Position numbers and translations under genes: made by a program. The notes beneath the pieces were generated by a model. That model saw only the letters and a list, made by a program, of their open reading frames with translations, was not told the DNA's origin and searched no databases. From Amoebophrya sp. A120 (taxonomy: Eukaryota > Protista > Dinoflagellata): 64,000 nucleotides of DNA. Location: positions 3,098,437 through 3,162,436 of the forward strand of contig CAJINV010000006.1 in assembly GCA_905178155.1 (NCBI GenBank), in the 5' to 3' direction. Within the stretch, counting starts at the first letter, position 1. The number at the start of each line of letters is the position of its first letter. Shown here piece after piece: positions 60,301 to 64,000 of this stretch.

Positions 60301-63300
60301 CTACTTCCGGCGAAAATGCTCTTCAAAATGCAGTCGCTGCTGCCGGTGCTGCTGGTGGACCTGCAATGCAAAGTGCTGCCGGTGCTGGTGCGGGTGCCGG
60401 TGCTTCTGGTGGACCTGCAATTCAAAGTGCAGTCGCTGCTGCCGGTGCTGCTGGTGGACCTGCAATGCAAAATGCAGTCAATGGTGCGGGTCGTGCCGGT
60501 GCTGCTGGTGGACCTGCAATGCAAAATGCAGCCGCTGGTGCCGGTGCCGGTGCTGCTGGTGGACCTGCTGGAGCCGGTGGGACGAACAATAGATCCAAAA
60601 CTCCAAGAAACAATAACCCATTTGCACAAGGTGTGGTGCTTCAGCGGGGAGGAGTGTTTACGCAAGCAGCTGTACAAGTAAGTGGTAATGGTAATGGAAA
60701 TCCGAACAACCCTCCACTGATTTCATTTTCGATCAAGAAAAACGGATTGAAGAACAATGCTGAGGGCAGTAAAGCAAGTGCAACTGCTTCGGCTACGGCT
60801 TCGTTGGCAAGTACAAGTTGTCCTCAGGTGGTGGATCCGGCGTTACAACAGCAGCAGCTGCAGCAGCAACAGCAGCTGCAGCAGCAACAGCAGCAAGAAC
60901 TACCGAGTCAAGAAAAATTAGGATTGCAACAACCGCAAGGAGGTCAGCCCACAAATACAACAGATAATTCCACTGCTGGCGTCGAGAAGAACGTCCTCGA
61001 GACGAACAAGAACAACACAGTGACGAAGAGTAAGAATCCCTTTCCGCGTGCTGCGCGCCAGAGTCTCGTGTTTGGTCCTCGCAAGTTGTCTTTATCGCGG
61101 AAGAGGTCGCGCAGCACCAGTAGTCGCGAGCCCCAGAGGAGCCGAAGCCCGTCGTCCAAGGGGAAGAGAGGGCGGAGCTCTTCCCGTAGTAAACTATCCA
61201 CAGGAAATTTCCCGGACACGTACAAATGCGGTCTCTGCATGACAAAACTTGGCTTTGATCCTAGTTTAGCATGACAAGTTTTACGCTCCAAATTGGTAGA
61301 ATTTGTGATGCATCTTGTACATGTACGGGAAATTTGTATTGCATAGAAACCGAAACGGCGCACCAGCAGAGGCAGAACACCCTTGCCGCGCGATCGGTAC
61401 CATGATAGGGGAAGGAGCACCTTCAGACGAGGCCAAAGCAGCTTCAGGCCTGGGCCGAGCAGGCTGCGAGATCATGACAGAGGCAGAAGCACCTTCAGGC
61501 CCGGGCCGAGCCGCCGCATATCAAATATAAAAATGTCTGGGTCTGGGAACTTGTGATGCTGCGTAGCGTCTCATGATGAGGCTACAAATGCTGGCTCAGC
61601 ATGACAAGTTTCTGAGCGCCTAGGTGTTACCTATTCTGCATGACCAACTGCGCTTCTGCATCAGAGAAAAACGCAGCTCTTGGGTAACGTGCATGACAGA
61701 TTTAAGAGTCATGCCAAACAAGCATGACAAACATGAATTCTTCCAGACCCAGACATTTCTACAGTTGATACCGCAGGTCACCGTACAATCACGACCGGTA
61801 CAGTCGGTATAACGACCGCTATCGCGCCGGCGGACGCGCGCCCAGCGAGGTGCGCACCATGCGGGGGGATCTTCACACAAAAGTGGGCAATAGCGGGGGA
61901 GGACATGGGGCCCAGAAGGTGCACAGCCTGGCTAGGGGGGAAGGACAAGGAGCCGCGCCTGGAAAGAGCACTAGTGCAGCTGCGGCTTCTTCTTCTTCTG
62001 CTGCTGCTCTAGTACTGCCCGACGGTACACGGTACAGCTACTGGAGCTCGGGCGGTACAACTACTGGCGCACCGACGGGAGGAGTACTATCCGGTGATCA
62101 TGTTGCGGACGGTACTACAACTGGTGCAGCTGCTGTGTATTCACCTGGTGATCCAATCGACGAGAAGTGGGTGACACCGGCAAACGTTGACGACGCGACC
62201 CTGAAGGTCGACGATGAGGATCCCCGGGCTCTGTTACTACGTGCGAAGGAGGAGGAGAAGCTGAAGGCACAGGAGCGAAAAAGACAAGAGAGAGAAGAAG
62301 CGGCGCGAAAAGCTGCACAAAAAGCCGCACAAGAAGAACTGGAAAAAAAGCAGCGAATGCTGAAGTACGAAAGGGAAAAGGAGAGAAAAGAGAAACTGGA
62401 GAAACAAGAAAAAGAAGAGCGCGAAAAGAAAATGCTAGAACAGCAAGAGCGGGAAAAGGAGCTGGAGCTGCAACGGGAATTAGAAAGAGAACAGGAGGAG
62501 CTGCAGAGGAAGCAGGCTATGCATTTTGCAGAATTATCGTACTAATTAGGAATTATCGCAGGACAAGTTTGCGTGGCAATGGCATGAGAAGTAAACTTTG
62601 TCATGCTCCTGAATTGGCTTATGAACATGAAGTGCGTAGGACATTTATCATGCGGTATTGCGATAAAAGTTAGTAGGATACTTTTGCAGTGGATACCAGC
62701 GGAGATTGACCTTCAGCAACAGAAGCGCGACGCCATTCGGAGGCAGCTGGAGGAGCAGCAAAAGAAGCGAAAACTGATGACGGAGCGGGAGCAAAGGGAG
62801 AATGAGGAGAAAGAGCAAGCGCGCACTGCGATGGAAAGCGCGGCGAAAGAGCGGGCGGAACGGGAAGAGCTATCTGCGAGGTTAATACAACAGGAAAAGG
62901 AGCAGGAAAAAGTAGAAAAGCAGAAGCAAAAGGCGACGAAAAAGAGCACTTCAACATCTGCTCACCAGGTGTTGAAAAAAGGACAAGGAGCGGGAACTGC
63001 ATCATCTCGCCAGGAGCTGTTGAAGAAGGGAGTGGAATCTAGTAGCAGCGGTAAACTACACATCAAAAAGGCGGGCAGCAAAGTTGTCGTGTCAGCGACG
63101 ACGACTAGCGGGAGTTCATCTAGTGACCACCAAAATCTTCAAAAGGGAGGACATGATGATGATGATGGTGCACCACCTCTTCACATGGAAAAAAAGAAAC
63201 TCGTGGTCGACAAGAAGGCACTTCCGAAGAAAAAAAAGAAACCCGTGGTCGACAAGAAGTTACTTCCGAATAGTAAAAACAAGGTCAAGAAATCCGTGGT

Positions 63301-64000
63301 GGACAAGAAGTTGCTATCCAAGAAGGAAGTGAAGGCTCTCACAGCTGCTGCCAGGAAAAAGGTGCAGGAAGAGAAGAAGACGAAAACCAATGCAGCTTCC
63401 GGGATGAAAAACAAGAAGGGGCAACAGATGCCTGCTGCCTCTACTTCTTCCACGAGCAACCCACAACAAGTTCAACGCACTACCGATCATTCTGGGCTGT
63501 CGGACATAGGAGCGCCACCTCCATCTTCGGAGAATAGAGGAGAAGGAAAGCGAAAGCAGCAGCAGCGGCAAAATGGCAAGAAGCCGAAAGTTATGAACTG
63601 CAAAAGCATCGTACTAGTACAAATTGCGATTACAAATTTGCTCAGCATGACACATTCAACTTGTAATGCTGTTTTACCTTAGGAAGAAGATTTGTCATGC
63701 ATCATAGCGCTTACTACGAGTGCAATGTTGCTTTTGCAGAGGATAAAAGTCGAACTGCGTCAGGACGGTGTTGAACAGGAGATGAAGCTGCAGGACGAGC
63801 AGGGGCTTCAACAGCTGCAAAATGCCAAAGCGCCACCTCCATCTTCGGAGAATACGAATAGAGGAGAAGGAAATATGCGAATAAAACAGCAGCAGCGGCA
63901 AAATGGCAAGAAGCCGAAAGTCGAAGTACGACGTCAGGAGGAACATCACGACGGGCAGGAGGAGGAGAAAATCGAAATTCAGCTGGAAGAACAAAATAAT
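54322..64000 (+). CDS. Large CCCH zinc-finger protein with polyQ, RS-like and coiled-coil regions, 3'-partial, 14 introners
   Basis: CSDFQAGNCRKKNCRLLH and CRDYLRGTC|LRGGRCRYYHP (second finger complete only after excision); further Cys/His clusters; all 14 junctions in frame. Confidence 0.8.
54840..54984. mobile_element. Introner family B
   Basis: TSD CTGCA. Confidence 0.9.
55371..55527. mobile_element. Introner family B
   Basis: TSD CACGC. Confidence 0.9.
55930..56141. mobile_element. Introner family E, inside a CCCH finger
   Basis: TSD CGTGC. Confidence 0.9.
56219..56372. mobile_element. Introner family J
   Basis: TSD GAAGC. Confidence 0.9.
57617..57769. mobile_element. Introner family B
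   Basis: TSD TGGAG. Confidence 0.9.
57806..58070. mobile_element. Introner family A
   Basis: TSD CCGCC/TCGCC. Confidence 0.9.
59214..59364. mobile_element. Introner family B
   Basis: TSD GATCA. Confidence 0.9.
59426..59607. mobile_element. Introner family K
   Basis: TIR TATCA..G.AAAAAGTG..TAACGTTAACGG; TSD GGCCG/AGCCG. Confidence 0.86.
59716..59868. mobile_element. Introner family B
   Basis: TSD AAGGT/AAGAT. Confidence 0.86.
59955..60170. mobile_element. Introner family H
   Basis: TSD TGCCA. Confidence 0.92.
61195..61345. mobile_element. Introner family J
   Basis: TSD TAAAC/GAAAC; near reverse complement of 27772-27922. Confidence 0.9.
61519..61770. mobile_element. Introner family A (252-bp subfamily)
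   Basis: TSD CCGCA. Confidence 0.92.
62518..62695. mobile_element. Introner family B (diverged)
   Basis: TSD CAGGC/CCAGC. Confidence 0.8.
63592..63745. mobile_element. Introner family B
   Basis: TSD AAAGT; empty site at 63911-63925. Confidence 0.94.

Noticed and set aside
7676-63745. Recurring ~30-bp sequences (TGTCTGGGTCTGGAA, GCAAAAGTATCG) as a CRISPR array
   Set aside because: They occur as inverted pairs with 5-bp TSDs and irregular spacing inside eukaryotic exons; there are no cas genes.
256-63994. Numerous short ORFs sharing peptides such as FQTQTFLHL, PDPDIFAFD, CKSIVLV, SNAKMSGSG
   Set aside because: These are translations of element TIRs, not a protein family.
1-64000. Autonomous transposase, reverse transcriptase or maturase
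   Set aside because: No ORF with recognisable DDE, RT or recombinase motifs; all elements are too short or non-coding.

Overview
Eukaryotic genomic DNA, most consistent with the parasitic dinoflagellate (Syndiniales) Amoebophrya. This assignment is inferred from the intron architecture, not from a database search. About one third of the window consists of 80 complete and 2 partial short insertion elements, mostly 140-320 bp. They fall into about 11 families with unrelated terminal inverted repeats (TIRs) but one shared grammar: TAT(C/G)...(C/G)ATA termini, a 5-bp target-site duplication (TSD), and several internal GCATNACAA motifs in both orientations. 74 of them interrupt coding sequence. 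Removing each element plus one TSD copy restores a continuous reading frame at every junction I checked by hand. This rebuilds seven + strand gene models: a 142-aa ORF, a ~2244-aa protein with 24 insertions and PDZ-like segments, a ~719-aa LRR-like protein, FAM136A, a ~297-aa charged protein, a ~1071-aa low-complexity protein, and a partial CCCH zinc-finger protein. Almost none of the insertions can be given GT/GC-AG ends, yet ordinary GT-AG introns occur in the same genes. They therefore behave as non-canonical, transposon-derived introners (or IES-like elements). Three in-window empty sites confirm the TSD. The elements also host other mobile DNA: TGCA-targeting elements, microsatellite-tailed retro-fragments and a twintron. 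No transposase, RNA gene or CRISPR array was found. All coordinates were counted by hand and may be off by a base or two.
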